Source of the DNA: Reclinomonas americana ATCC 50394
Taxonomy: Eukaryota
Assembly (NCBI GenBank): GCA_048213135.1
Contig: PS015104.1
Coordinates: 12,855 to 53,057 of the forward strand
Direction of reading: 5' to 3'
DNA length: 40,203 nucleotides
Below are positions 1-11,868 of this stretch, piece after piece. Under the pieces are notes generated by a model. The model was not told where the DNA came from. It searched no databases and worked only from the letters and a program-made list of their open reading frames with translations. How positions within the stretch are numbered: the first letter of the stretch is position 1; every line of letters starts with the position of its first letter. The translations under genes and the position numbers were made by a program.

Positions 1-3000
1 GCAGCCGACGAGCAGCGTGACATTCTCACCATTGAGTTCCTCGTGTTGGACCCGGTGAAGATTGTGGTCACCAAGGAGTTGCTGCAACACATTCGCGAGT
101 TCATGGTCATGGTCGAGGGTGTCGAGCAGCGTGCCAAATTGCGCGCCGCGGCCGTTGGCTCCGGCGCTGCTACCGAGGCGGGAGCGGCTGGCGACGAAAC
201 CTCGCTGGCCAAGGTTCTGCGCTCCGAGACTCGCTACGCATCGAGTCCACCACCGGCCGGCTCCGCCGCCGCCGCCGCCGCCGCCTCACTGTCGCCGGCG
301 TCGAGTCTGTCATCGCCTGGCTCTCCCAGCATGCCGGCAGTCACGGCCAATGCGACGGCGGCGACGACGATGGTGCCGCTGCGCACGGTCAACGTGACGG
401 GAACCACCACTTCGGCGGCCGCTGTGGCAGCGGCNNNNNNNNNNNNNNNNNNNNNNNNNNNNNNNNNNNNNNNNNNNNNNNNNNNNNNNNNNNNNNNNNN
501 GGTGGGCTCTGGAAGTGGACCAGCGACCGACAGCCCGAGTCGGTTGCAGATTGTTGGTGAGTTCGTTTGTGTGTTTGTCTCTCGGTAGCCTCATGCGCTC
601 CATCTCACCTTCTTTTTCGTCATTGTTGCAGTGCCGGAGAACGACGCTCGCGCGCTCTCTCAACGCGCTGAAAATCAGCGCAAGCGCATTTTGCATTCTC
701 GTGTGCTCTCCTCCAATTCGCCGACCATGTCGCCGGCCTCCATGGCGACACCATCGGCGGCGGCCGGCATGGCCATGCAGCAGCTGTCGCCGGATACTCC
801 CGTGCAGTACACCCACTTCCGATTCCTGTTCAAGAACAGCACCGAAGAGGACATGTTGTTCAGCCAGACCGACTCGCAGAATCAATTCCGACTCAACTCG
901 GGGTGCCAGTCGCCATTCACGTTCCCGAATCCGTTCCTGCCAAAGCTTGTTGTTGCGTTTTGCAGCAGCACCTGCTCGTGACCTCTCACGCGACGTGATG
1001 CCGACCCTCATTTTGCAGGATTTCTGTATGAACGGCTGGTCACAAGTTTCACAACTCGAGGTGGAATATCCGGGCGTGGAGGAGCTCGTCGTATCCAGCT
1101 CGCCGTTCACCGCCATGTTCTTCTCGACAACGGCCGCCGTGTCGACGGCCTCGGTTCCAACGACTCCCGCTGGTATGTGCCCTTGTATTATAGATGGTGC
1201 CTCTCTTGCTCATGTTTGACGCTCTCTCTCTCTTTCTCGCCCTCTTTCCAGCATCGTCGGTGGTCGCGTCCAACCGTCGCGTGTCACTGCACGCGGCTGG
1301 CAAGCGCGTGCAGCGTGGACACCACTCACGCGGCAATAGCGGCGGTGACGGCTCTGCCTCGCGCTCCATTATCGTGAATGTGGAGGTCAAAGGCATGCAG
1401 CGCTTTGTGGAGGTACGTCGGTTGTTGCTGCCATGCTTGCCTGTTGTGCTGATGTCGCCCTTGTTGTTTACCCTCGCCTCGCCACGCAGTTCATGTCGTC
1501 GTTCGCGGCGGTGAACAAGACCGATGTGGAGATGCAGTTGCGCACGTACCGCCCAACTGGCGTGCCGCAAACCAACACCATTGTCCACGTGCCGCCTCTC
1601 GGTCACGCACCGTTCTGCTACAACGAGAAGTGGCCGAATGTGCAGTACCAGCTCAAGCCCGCCGGCGAGTGGGAGTGGAGTCTGCCATTTTCGGTGGGCT
1701 CGAAAAAGTCCGACGTGCAGCTGCTGGTTGTGCGAAGCTCCGATCAGCTGCTGTGTCGCGAGTTTGCCGTCACCTGCCATCAGGACAAGCGCACCGGGCA
1801 GACGCGCGTGATAGTGGTACCGCCGTTCACTATTTCCAACCGCGCCCCGTTCCCCGTGCATTTTTCGTTCCCCAACCGCGCCGAGTCCGAGTACCGTTTG
1901 TGCGAGTTGCCGCCGCTCTCTGTGAAGACTCTCTTTTTCACACCCGACGAGGAGCCATTCCGCCTGCGCATGGAGCAGTACGATACGTGGTCGCGTCCGA
2001 TTTCGCTCAAGAAGCCAGGCACCTTTAACGTCCGCGTCTCGCGCAAGGTCTGGTCGTGGTTGTGCACTTGTGTCGCGCAAAACCCATATAATAATGTCTC
2101 ACTTGTTGATTCCAGACACCTACTGGCCAGTGGTTCAAGCAGCGACGACGCAGCGGCAGCATCACTGCCGCCTCGCTGTTATCGCCACAGGATGACCCCG
2201 AAGCGCACGGCAGCGAACTCCTGTCGCCGTTCACGACCCCACTGGCGAGCAGTAGCAGCGCTGCTGCTGCTGGTGGTTCGACTCCGTCGGCGGGTGTGGT
2301 GATTGGCAGCGACGGCTCCGTGCTCACGTGCAAGCGCGAGGGTCAGATTCTCGACGTTACGGTCGACCGGCCATCCGAAGAAGGCGGTCGCACCGTGATT
2401 GTGGAAGTGCCGATTGTGCTCATCAACCACACCAACATTGATGTGATGATTGAGCAGCGTGGGTACGATGCCGAGGCGCAGGTGGTCGCCAGTTACTCCG
2501 AGGCGCCGTTCTCGTCGGTGGTGCCGGGATACATTCTGCGAGTTGCGCAAAGGGGAAGGAACAGTGAGAGAGATGCGTGCAGTTCCTGGAGTTTACTTAC
2601 TTGCCGCGATTGATGTAGGCACGGGCTGTCCACGGTGGTTGGCAAACCAGTGCTCACGGATGGGGCGAGCCGTTCTCCATCGAGCTGCCCACAATGACAC
2701 CGGTGCGCATTCCGCTCTCTGCCAGCTCCGACACCGAGTACGAGATTCTCGTGCACGTGGTGTCGCGTGGCACGCGCGGTCGTACGGTGACGCTGACGCC
2801 CCGCTTCATGCTCTACAATCGCACGAGCATCAACCTGTTGGTCATTTTCGGTGAGCACATTCTGCCCTGGTCTCGTTTTTTTCGTCTTTTTGCTCACTCT
2901 GGCATATGCCCTTCTGCGTGCGCAGGCACCTTCCACACGCTGCTTCCGGCGCAAAGCAACGAGGTTTGCTGTGTGGCCACCGACAACGCGTTCGTCACGG

Positions 3001-4913
3001 GTGATCCGGAGGGCGGTGGGGAGTGGCAGGTGGTCGGCTTCAATGTCACCGACTCGAACGAGGCCATTGTGGAGCTGAACAACACGACCACGGATGCCAG
3101 CCACATGATTGCCGTGTCGGTGCGTAAATCCGACAGTGGCACCTCGATTACGCTGCTGGCGTCGCAGCATGCACCGTACGTGTTCTACAATCATACGCTG
3201 CGGGAGATCGAGCTGCGACAGACCACGCCACGACCACGCGTGCTGCGTCTGCCGCCGGGCACGTCGCGCAACTTTTTCTGGACGAATCTGCTGGACGATT
3301 TGCACGTGCAGATCCGCAGGCGTAGCTTGGGTTCATCGGCCTCGCGCCCCAGTTCCACAATGCTGTCGTCGGCGGCGGTGGTCGTTGATGATGAGGGCGA
3401 TGATCGGCTGCTTGGTGACGGATTGCGCAGCAGCTCGGCTGATGCGATGGACGGAGATGACGGCGCGATGGTGAGTGGGATAAAAGGGAGGGAGAGTGAG
3501 GGAGAGGGAGAGAAAGAGAGAGAAAAGGGAGAGGGAGAGAGATGTGGGGAGAGGAAAAGAGAAAGTGATGGACTCGCAGGTTTTGTTGTGTTGCTCATGG
3601 TGTTGTTTCCATATTGCAGGGTGTCGATCTCGAGCTAGAGGCTGGGTGGAGTGTTCCGTTTGTGGTCGACGAGCTGGGAGTGCTGGATATTGAGTTTGAG
3701 GAGAGCGACGACATTATGTTGTCGAGTTGCGTGCTTCTTTCGACTGTCACCTCCCGAATCAAGTTCTTGTTTTGCCTGACGCCGTTGAATGCTTCCCACA
3801 GGACAACAACTCGTCGCCGCCATTCATGCTGGTCAGCATTCAAAGATTGTGATCATTGCGCCACCGGAGGTTGCCGCAGGTCGGTCGCTCGAGGACCAGT
3901 TGGCCGACGTGCTCGGCGTGTCGAGCAAGACACTGAGTGCTGTCAAGGTGCGCGTGCCAAGCATCCAGTTGCAGTTGTTGCGTGACGACAAGGAGGAGAT
4001 GCTGTGTGCCACCATTTCGGATGTGCGTGGCAACTGGACACGACGCCCGCCGCAAGAGATTATGCACTTTTCGATTCAGGGTTTGTGTTGCACAGCTGCT
4101 GTGAAGCACCCTCTGCATATGTCTCACGTGCTGAGCGATTCTCCAGATGTGCAAATCGACAACATGCAACTCAACGCGGAAGACGAGGTGGTCTTGGCGT
4201 TCTCTCGCGACGATTATCAGCACCTGCGGCCGAATTGTATCGAGCTACTGGTAGAGCGGTCGCTGTTTGATCAGTTTGAGTACATTCGGTGAGGGAAAGG
4301 GGAAGGAGATTGTGATAGAGATGCGTGTCCATAGTCCTCTTCTGTGTGTGTCCATGTTCTAACCCTTCCCCTTTTCTCTATCACCAGCTTCCTTGGCTTC
4401 CGCCTGCTGCCGCTGTCGATCCGCGTCGACGGCTTGGTGATTGACGCTATCATGGACTTGGTTCATGTGTTTGACGACGGCACGCAGCAGAGCTCTGACG
4501 AAAGTGTCGATGTGTTGATGCTGGAGCCGCCGCCCATTGGCACCGTGGAGGGCAGCAAGCGTCTGTACTTTGAGCGCGTGGAGGTGATGCCACTTAAGCT
4601 GGCCGTCACTGTCGGTGCANNNNNNNNNNNNNNNNNNNNNNNNNNNNNNNNNNNNNNNNNNNNNNNNNNNNNNNNNNNNNNNNNNNNNNNNNNNNNNNNN
4701 NNNNNNNNNNNNNNNNNNNNNNNNNNNNNNNNNNNNNNNNNNNNNNNNNNNNNNNNNNNNNNNNNNNNNNNNNNNNNNNNNNNNNNNNNNNNNNNNNNNN
4801 NNNNNNNNNNNNNNNNNNNNNNNNNNNNNNNNNNNNNNNNNNNNNNNNNNNNNNNNNNNNNNAACGAACGAACGACGACGACGGACGGACCGGCCGTCCG
4901 GCCGTCGTCGTAT

Positions 4914-4970
<57 letters not shown>

Positions 4971-6219
4971 ACCATCAACAGAAAATGCGCCGTGTCCTTT
5001 GTTTCTGAATGCGCCACAACTGTGCACAGTGTCGTGCAACAATACACGAAGCGCGCGCTGCGACAGGTGGTGGTCATCCTCGCCTCGGTCGACTTCCTCG
5101 GCAGTCCAATGGGCGCGCTGAAGCTGCTGCGTGACGGCGTCAAGGACTTTATGTTTATGCCGTGGAACGGCTTGATGTACGACGACACACCCGGCTCGTT
5201 CTTGGGCGGTGTTCTGCGTGGCACCGGGTCGCTGCTGAAGCACTCGTCGGATGCGGCGCTGACCACCTTGGTCAAGGTCACACGCTCTTTCTCGCGCCTG
5301 GCCGCACGCGTCAGCCTGCACGAGCAGTACTTTACGTACAAGCAGGAGATGGCGCGCAATCACCCGCGCAATGTGTTTGCCGGTGTGAAGCAGGGCACGC
5401 AAGAGTTGACGTCGGGCTTTTGGTTTGCGGCCAGTGGGTTCGTGACGCAGACGAGGGAGGGCTGGAGGAGAGCCGGCTGGCGAGGTGCCAGCAAGGGTCT
5501 CGGCTATGCCGCCCTCGGCGCGCCCGTGAAGATTGCGTCGGGGTGTGTCGACTTTGTGAGCAAGATCCTGGAGAGCGTCAAGAACCAGACCGATCGAGAG
5601 CGCAAGGGCAAGCGACGTGTGCGCGACCCGCTGGAGCGGCAGGAGCGGCAGGCACGTGCAAAGGAGTTTTGCGTGTCATTTGTGGAGAGCCGTGGCGAGC
5701 TGCCGGTGTTCTTCGACATGGTCCGTGTGGTGACGTCGCGCGAGCACTTGCGCGATCGTGTGCTGGCGCTGTCGAACCAGTCGCTACGGTTCTTCAACCC
5801 CGAGCGCCTGAATCAGGAGACGCCCACGGCCAACATGACCATTCCGATCAAGGACATTCGGCTGGTGGAGGCGCCGAAGAACTTGGAAATCAACTGCACG
5901 GTGCGTCTGTGCTATCACTCTTCCCATTGCATTCTCACGCATTCTCACCTGTGCATCTTTTGCACGCTCACAGCTGCACTTTACACGAGCCATCAGTGGC
6001 AAGCAGTTGGTGACCATGCGCACGGCGTCACGCGAGGAGTTTGTGGCGCAACTCGCCAAAGCCTACGAGGACGTGGACGGCTCGCGACTGGAGGTCGAAA
6101 CGGTACCGATGTACATTGGGTCCAGTGTCGCGCACGGCAGCGGCTCGGATGATGCTCTTGGCGGTCCGTCGTCGCCCGTGCCCATTGGCGTCAAGGTCGA
6201 CCGATTCGCCGAGTTGTAG
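1..6219 (+). CDS. VPS13B: VPS13 family bridge-like lipid transfer protein, VPS13B/COH1-like (5' partial; VAB repeats, VPS13_C/ATG2_C region, C-terminal PH-like domain)
   Basis: Phase-consistent exons <1-556, 632-951, 1019-1172, 1252-1412, 1490-2047, 2116-2541, 2619-2850, 2926-3470, 3620-3725, 3802-4080, 4147-4288, 4388-gap, 4982-5900, 5974-6219 (TAG). VPS13 hallmarks: repeated 'P(F/I)...N.T' VAB starts (VPPFTISNRAP, VPIVLINHT, TPRFMLYNRT, APYVFYNHT), FSIQDVQIDNM, LYFERVEVMP, QY...ALRQ...ILASVDFLGSP and GVLRGTGSLLKH. The B-subtype call rests on remembered similarity. Confidence 0.88.
4915..4969. repeat. (TG)n microsatellite in a VPS13 intron
   Basis: Direct run of tgtg, between the assembly gap and the acceptor at 4981. 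Confidence 0.95.
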
Positions 6220-6299
6220 TAGTTCACTATTTTTTATGTACAGGGGAAAAGAGATAGATTACACACACATAATACAAGATACGATTAACTGTTTGGCAA

Positions 6300-9200
6300 T
6301 TAGCCGTGCGGAAAGCGACGCATGAGCGTGTTGGCATCTGCATCAGTGGCAACATGATGCACGGCAATGGTGGTGCGATCGGAGAGCGGCCGTGGGAAGG
6401 CCACTGTCGCCGCACCGGGCATGTCATGAATACGATCGTCGACAATGTGGTGCACCGGCAAGCGATGCCGCACAAACCACCACCCCGTCGTGCAGTCTTC
6501 CCACCCGTGCGTGTCCTCCACCGTCAACTCGGCCTCGGCGATCCACAACACCAGGTCCATGGTGAGTGTGTACAGTGCGCCACCGGCGTGCATGTACACC
6601 TCGCGTTGCGGACCACGCGAGGCCATGCCCAGCGAACCCCAGTACAGGCGCACAGGTGGCAACAGATCCCGCTCACTCTCCAGCTTCACCGTGCGCACAA
6701 ACGTGTCGGTGTCGCCCTTGCTGACGTACTGCACGGTGGTGTTGGCGAACTGCTGCGCCGCCCACACAAACCAGCGGTACGTCTTGCCACTCGATTGGTT
6801 CTCCTCGCACGGCAAGAACAGCATGTCGCCCTCGGCGGCCGCCTCGCGAGCGAGCTCCTCAACAAGGGAAGTGGCTGCGCGCGGCTGGCCGAGCACAAAC
6901 ATGACTTGCAGTGTGCCGTCGGGATTGCGCGTCGGATGGTACACATTCGGGTACTGCAGCCATGTGCGTCGCGTGCGCCCACGACGCTCTCGCTCCGCGT
7001 CGTACGTGAACACGCCGATGACGTGCTTCACGCGAGGACCGAGTGCCGGTGGTGCTTGTGGTCCGTCTGTCGCATGCATGACCGATCGGTACCAGCGTGC
7101 GGCCGTCTTGGTGAGGGAGGAGAGCACGATCTCGGAAGCCGCCGTTGCGTGGCGCACATTGGCGTGGCCACCGCTGGTCGGATCGCACAGGGGCGGGAGG
7201 ACGCGGTACGCGAAGATGCTGATCATCGGTGCAGTGGAGGCCATCGACAGCGAGTGGTGTCTGTCGGTCAGCAGGCGTTCGATGGCGACGGGGAGGAGGG
7301 GTGGTTGGTGGGAGGCTGGGGCGGGGACCTGGGTGGGAGGAAGGGGGATAGGAGAAGGAGAGTGAGTGAGAGGGAAGTGGGAGGAGGGTGAGAAACAGAG
7401 AGGAAACGAGGAGGAAAGCGATTGGGCGGAGAGAGAAGGCGTTCAACGCACATAATAATAATGAGACGAAGAAACAGGGAAGAAGCGAGTGGAGAAGCGA
7501 CTATGCGGAGTGAAAAAAATGGTCAAAAACACGCTGTAAGCTGAGACAGAAACGAGAGATCGGGCGACTGAGTGGACAGAGAATGAGTTGAAACGGTTGC
7601 AAGCTGAGACGAGAAACAGGGTGACTGCGTGTGGAGTGACAAAGGGCTCAAACACACGTCGCCAACAGAGAACAAGAACGGAAGGAGACACGAGAGAGAC
7701 GGGGACTCTCATTGTATTCTCTCCTGTCGGTGGTTCCCTCTCCTCCTCCCTTCATTCGCCCCTCATCCTTGTCACTCGCAGCGATACGACATCTCTCTCT
7801 CTCTTTCTCTCGACTGAGTGGAGTGACAGTGGGCTCAAACACTCGTTACACACTGAGAGCGAGAACGGAAGGAGACAGTAGACTCTCATTGTATTCTCTG
7901 CTGTCGGTGGCTCTCTCCTCCCTCTCCTTCATCCTTGTCACGCGCAGTGAAACTACATCTCTCTCCCGACTGAGAGTAGTGAGAAGGTGTCGAGTCACGC
8001 GTTGCAGAGTGGAAGAAAGATCCAATCGACAAAGAGAGCAACCAGCAGTGAACGAGGGTTGATGGACCGACAGAGGCACGGATACGGGGAAGAGAGAATG
8101 ACGGGAAGAGAAAGGGAGACCGAGGGGTGAAGAAAGTGAGCAAGGGACAAAACACGCAAGCAACGAGAAGGAAAGCCAAGAATGGCTGAACTGAGGACTT
8201 GCCTTGAACACATGGGCCACTTGCTGAGACGAGTGCTGCAAGTCAGCGATGATACATGACGCTGCACTGGAACACAAGACAGAGCTCACACCTTGGCGTG
8301 CTGTGTTAAATATCGGTCAACGATGACCATCATCACCTCGACCGCAGCCAGCATGTACTCGGTGTGCAAATCGGGCGAGAATCGAGACGTGGGCACATTC
8401 CGGAGAGACGAAGCAACTGCACGGGCAAGAAAATCATGAGCTACAACTCTTCGTCCCGAGCCACGGTCCATGCATACCCTGTTCGCGTAGGCCCAGCGGC
8501 CACACGGGAAGCAAGGCGAACCGAAAGGCATCGTCAAACTGAACAGTGTAGCGTATTATCGACAAGCCACCAGGCAGCGGAACTTGCACGTCGAATGGCG
8601 CCACTGGTATGGCGACACCACGCACTAGATGTGAAGCTCGCGAGAGGAAAAACGGTGAAGGAGGAGGCAACTGTGAAAGCAAGACAAGTGAGCGAGGAAA
8701 CATCATCACACTCTCTTTCTCTCTCCCGCACTCACCGGCTTGTTCTCTGCGACTTCCTCCAACATGGCCTCGCGCAGCGCTGCTGAAAAGGAAGAGCCGA
8801 TGCGGTGCTCTGCCACCAGCTTGGGAACTGCGGGGTGTTTTATGTGAGTGCTCTGCGCGTGCGTGAGAGAGACTTCGTGCTCTCTGGCCTTACGCACCAA
8901 GCACGTCGACACTGGCCCGCAGTTCCTCATCCGTCGCACCAGGCACCGTGACTCTCACCTCACGGCCGTCGATGAGGAGAGCGATTTCACGAGACGGGGC
9001 GGGGCGACTCTGCAGACGTGAGGGGAGAGGAGTGAGGAGGGATGGAGGAGAGAAGGAGGAGGGAAGGAGGAGGGACGGAGGAGGGACGGAGGATGGAAGG
9101 ATCCGAAGGAGAAGGGAAGGAGGAGGCAAGGAGGAGGGAAGGAGGAGGCAAGGAGGAGGGAAGGAGGAGGGAGTGAGGAGGGATGGAGGAGGGAAGGAGG

Positions 9201-9922
9201 AGGGAAGGAGGAGGGAAGGAGGAGGCAAGGAGGAGACAAGGAGGAGAGAATGCGGAGGGAAGGAGGAGGGAAGGAGAGGAGGGAAGGAGGAGGGAAGGAG
9301 AGGAGGAAAGGAGGAGGGAAGTAGGAGAGGAGAAAGGAAGAAATGGATGCAAGGGAAGGAGAAAGGAAGTGCCACTTGAGACGGACGAGAGGGGGATAAG
9401 GCACAGGCGAAACAATGAGGAAAACAAGACGAGAAGAGCGAGAGAAGAACGCCAGCGCAATCCCTCTTTCACTCACACTTGCGTCAAGCGCAGCCCACAG
9501 CTGCTCAGCAGAGTTTCCAATAAGAATCGCTATCTCCGACTGTGCGCTGCTCAAGTCGGGTCGCGACGCACTCAGCGCCTCGACTGTGCGCATGCATGCA
9601 CAATCACCGATGAATGAATGATTGCATGCATGCTCCCTCTCTCTCACACACACACACGCACACACTTTTCCCGCGCACCTGCCTCTCTCGCAGTCCTCCT
9701 GTCTGCCACAGACACCAGCAGTTTGCCTCCATCAAGCGAGTGGAGAGTGACATACGAGGTCTTCATGAGCTGGAAGGGCCACAAGAAGCGATTGTCGGCG
9801 GAACCATACGAATCCTCATCGGAAAAGTCTGCGTCCTCGGTGGCGGAGATGAGTGTGGTGGAGGAGAAGAAGAAGAGAAGGAGGAGGAGGAGCAGGAAGA
9901 GTGAGGCACGATGGTGCCACAT
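6300..9922 (-). CDS. Glycosyltransferase family 31 (beta-1,3-galactosyltransferase-like) with signal peptide and a long unassigned N-terminal region
   Basis: Exons 9922-9679, 9583-9477, 9009-8898, 8827-8736, 8670-8478, 8416-8290, (8235-8203), 7260-6300; all junction phases match. The N-terminus MWHHRASLFLLLLLLLFFFSS is hydrophobic. The last exon has GT31 motifs FVLG, E...EGDMLFLP.EEN..SGKT..WF.WA, YVSKGDTDTFV (DxD), LYWG, GGALYTL..DLV and WEDCTTG. Confidence 0.85.
7261..8202 (-). other. Probable GC-AG intron (AAG|GCAAGT ... CTGACCGACAG)
   Basis: Minus-strand donor AAG|GCAAGT matches the GC-donor consensus. It follows a 33-nt exon (8235-8203) that has a CTGACTTGCAG acceptor, and the frame is preserved. 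Confidence 0.6.
7623..7985. repeat. Diverged tandem duplication, two copies of about 190 and 160 bp, in a GT31 intron
   Basis: gtggagtgaca..gggctcaaacac...agaacggaaggagaca...gactctcattgtattctct.ctgtcggtgg...catccttgtcac.cgcag.ga..c.acatctctctc occurs at about 7630 and about 7818. Confidence 0.9.
9020..9370. repeat. Degenerate GA-rich minisatellite (ggaaggaggag-type units) in a GT31 intron
   Basis: Repeated ggaggagggaaggaggag variants. These produce the spurious PPPSLL and EEGRRR ORFs. Confidence 0.9.
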
Positions 9923-10649
9923 GCACTAGCAATGAATATCCGATTCGGAGAGAGACGGGACGAACAACCAATCGTGTACATGTGATGAACAAGCTCCACA
10001 ACACCAATGAAGTGTAGTGTACACGCTCCAAGAGGGAAAACAAACACGGAGACTGCAACGTGCTTCATTTCTCCGCTCGAGCTTGAAGCTCATCGGCGGC
10101 CTCGCGATCGACTCGAGCTCTTCCGACGTCGTATTCGTACGACAGAGGAATGGCTTGCGTAGGAACCGGCACAGCGGCCGGCTTCATTGCTTGCGCAGCG
10201 AGCAGTACAAAGGAGAATCGAGATTGCGAAACGATGCTTGCGTTTCTGCGAGAGAACCCACGGCCACTGGCGCAGACAACGCAGCGGGTTCAACCCTTCA
10301 ATGCAGACAGATACTCATCGCTTCCTGTCATTCTGTCACCAGCAAGTGTGAAAGACCTCGACGACCGACGCGTTCGGCTTCAGTATCGCACCCAGTATTG
10401 TGTTGTTTCACTTTCCGTCTTTCTCTCTCGCAAAGGCAGTGTCTCCTCAATTCCCTTGTCTCTCCTCATCTTCCTTCCCCACCACGATCAAATTAACACA
10501 GTTGCAAGAGGACAGACAACGAGTTTTTCATTATCTTCACAACATTCTCTCGAGCTCGTCATCATTATTGTTTGGATTAGGAGGGCAGTTAACACATGCA
10601 AGTGCTGCATGCTGTACAAGGAAAGCGCGCTGTTTGACGAGCTCACAAC

Positions 10650-11282
10650 TTAGTTGGCCGGGACCTTCTTGGTGCAGGCGATGCCATTGTCGTTCACCCA
10701 CTTGTTGCAGGTGCAGATGTTGTTGCCGTCGCATTGGCAGTTGGTGTGGCACTTGCACACGCCGTCAACCGACGCCGTAGCACCGACGCAGTTGCCATAC
10801 AGGCCGCACACCTGCTCCTTGCCGAGCTTGCACGGGATCTCAGCCGGCACGCTGCAGTCGGCACCAGTCCAGCCCGGCTTGCAGGTGCAGGTCAGGTCGG
10901 GGTTGCAGTCGCCGTTGCTGGGGCCAGAGCAGTTCTTGGGGCAGTCGTAGCAGGTGCCGTTGGCGTTGGCGACGGGGGCGTTGTTGGGCGACACGGCGCT
11001 CCACTGCAGGGTGCACGGGGTGCCAATGGCGGCGGGGCAAGCGGTGAAGGAAGCCTGGCGGCACTGGTAGTGCGAGCCCCAGTTGCCGCTGGCGGTCGCC
11101 TGGCACTTGCCCGACACACACTTGGCGTTGGAGTCGACGGCCGCACCGGCCGAGTCACGGAAGTTGCCTCCCAGACAATTGGCGTCGGTGGAACACTTGC
11201 CGCCGCCGATAATGGCCGGAGGCGCGGCGAGGGCGAGGGCGAAGAGGGCAGTGAAAGCCACAACAGCGATGATGATCTTCAT
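10650..11282 (-). CDS. Secreted cysteine-rich protein with a tenascin-type EGF-like domain, 210 aa, intronless
   Basis: Clean ORF with signal peptide MKIIIAVVAFTALFALALA and EGF motif CPKNCSGPSNGDCNPDLTCTCKPGWTGADCS. Third codon positions are strongly C/G-biased. No TM segment or GPI tail is evident. Confidence 0.9.
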   Translation of the reverse strand: MKIIIAVVAFTALFALALAAPPAIIGGGKCSTDANCLGGNFRDSAGAAVDSNAKCVSGKCQATASGNWGSHYQCRQASFTACPAAIGTPCTLQWSAVSPNNAPVANANGTCYDCPKNCSGPSNGDCNPDLTCTCKPGWTGADCSVPAEIPCKLGKEQVCGLYGNCVGATASVDGVCKCHTNCQCDGNNICTCNKWVNDNGIACTKKVPAN

Positions 11283-11377
11283 GATGAGAGAGTGGGATGG
11301 ATGGATTGAGGGAAGAGGAGGAGGTTCTCTTGGCTCTTGGAGGCGATGTGAATGCAGCAGCTTTGCAGCACCCTCGG

Positions 11378-11383
11378 CTTATA
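11378..11383 (-). promoter_or_regulatory. Candidate TATA box (TATAAG) of the Cys-rich secreted protein gene
   Basis: GATATAAGCC on the minus strand, about 100 nt upstream of the ATG at 11282, followed by a pyrimidine-rich leader. Confidence 0.45.
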
Positions 11384-11868
11384 TCATCCGTCATGACCGC
11401 GGAACAACTCCCAATCGACGAAAAACAAACCAAAAAGTTCGGACCTCCTCCGGCTGCCAGGTGATGCAGACGGAGGTGGTCACTGGATGGTAACATGCTG
11501 TCGCTGCGGTGAGCGTGCAATCGCAGGTGGAGTGGTTTTGAGAGAAACTGATGCAGCAATGCATCCGGAAGATATTGTTGGGTATCGATATTCGAATTCT
11601 TCCGGTCAGACGATCTGAGCTGCTGCAGCACCGTATGCTGCCTTATCACCACCGCGAGGGAGTCCGTGAAACTTAACATGCGCAGGAACATGAGGTACTG
11701 CATGATCACAACGTCGCGATCGAGCTCGATCGAATTCGCCACACCGACCGACCGGACTTTTCCCCTCCTTTCTCTTTTCCCTTTTCAAACACCCTCGATT
11801 GCGTGATGACGCACACAAGCAACTCAATTGAATAGAATTGCTCCCTCCGTTTTCACCCGCGGGCGAGA

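Noticed and set aside
4863-4912. Hairpin acgacgacgg...ccgtcgtcgt
   Set aside because: Low-complexity sequence directly beside an N gap, so possibly a read-end artefact.
10065-10187. 40-codon minus-strand ORF MKPAAVPVPTQ...
   Set aside because: Too short, with no recognisable motif or supporting splice structure.
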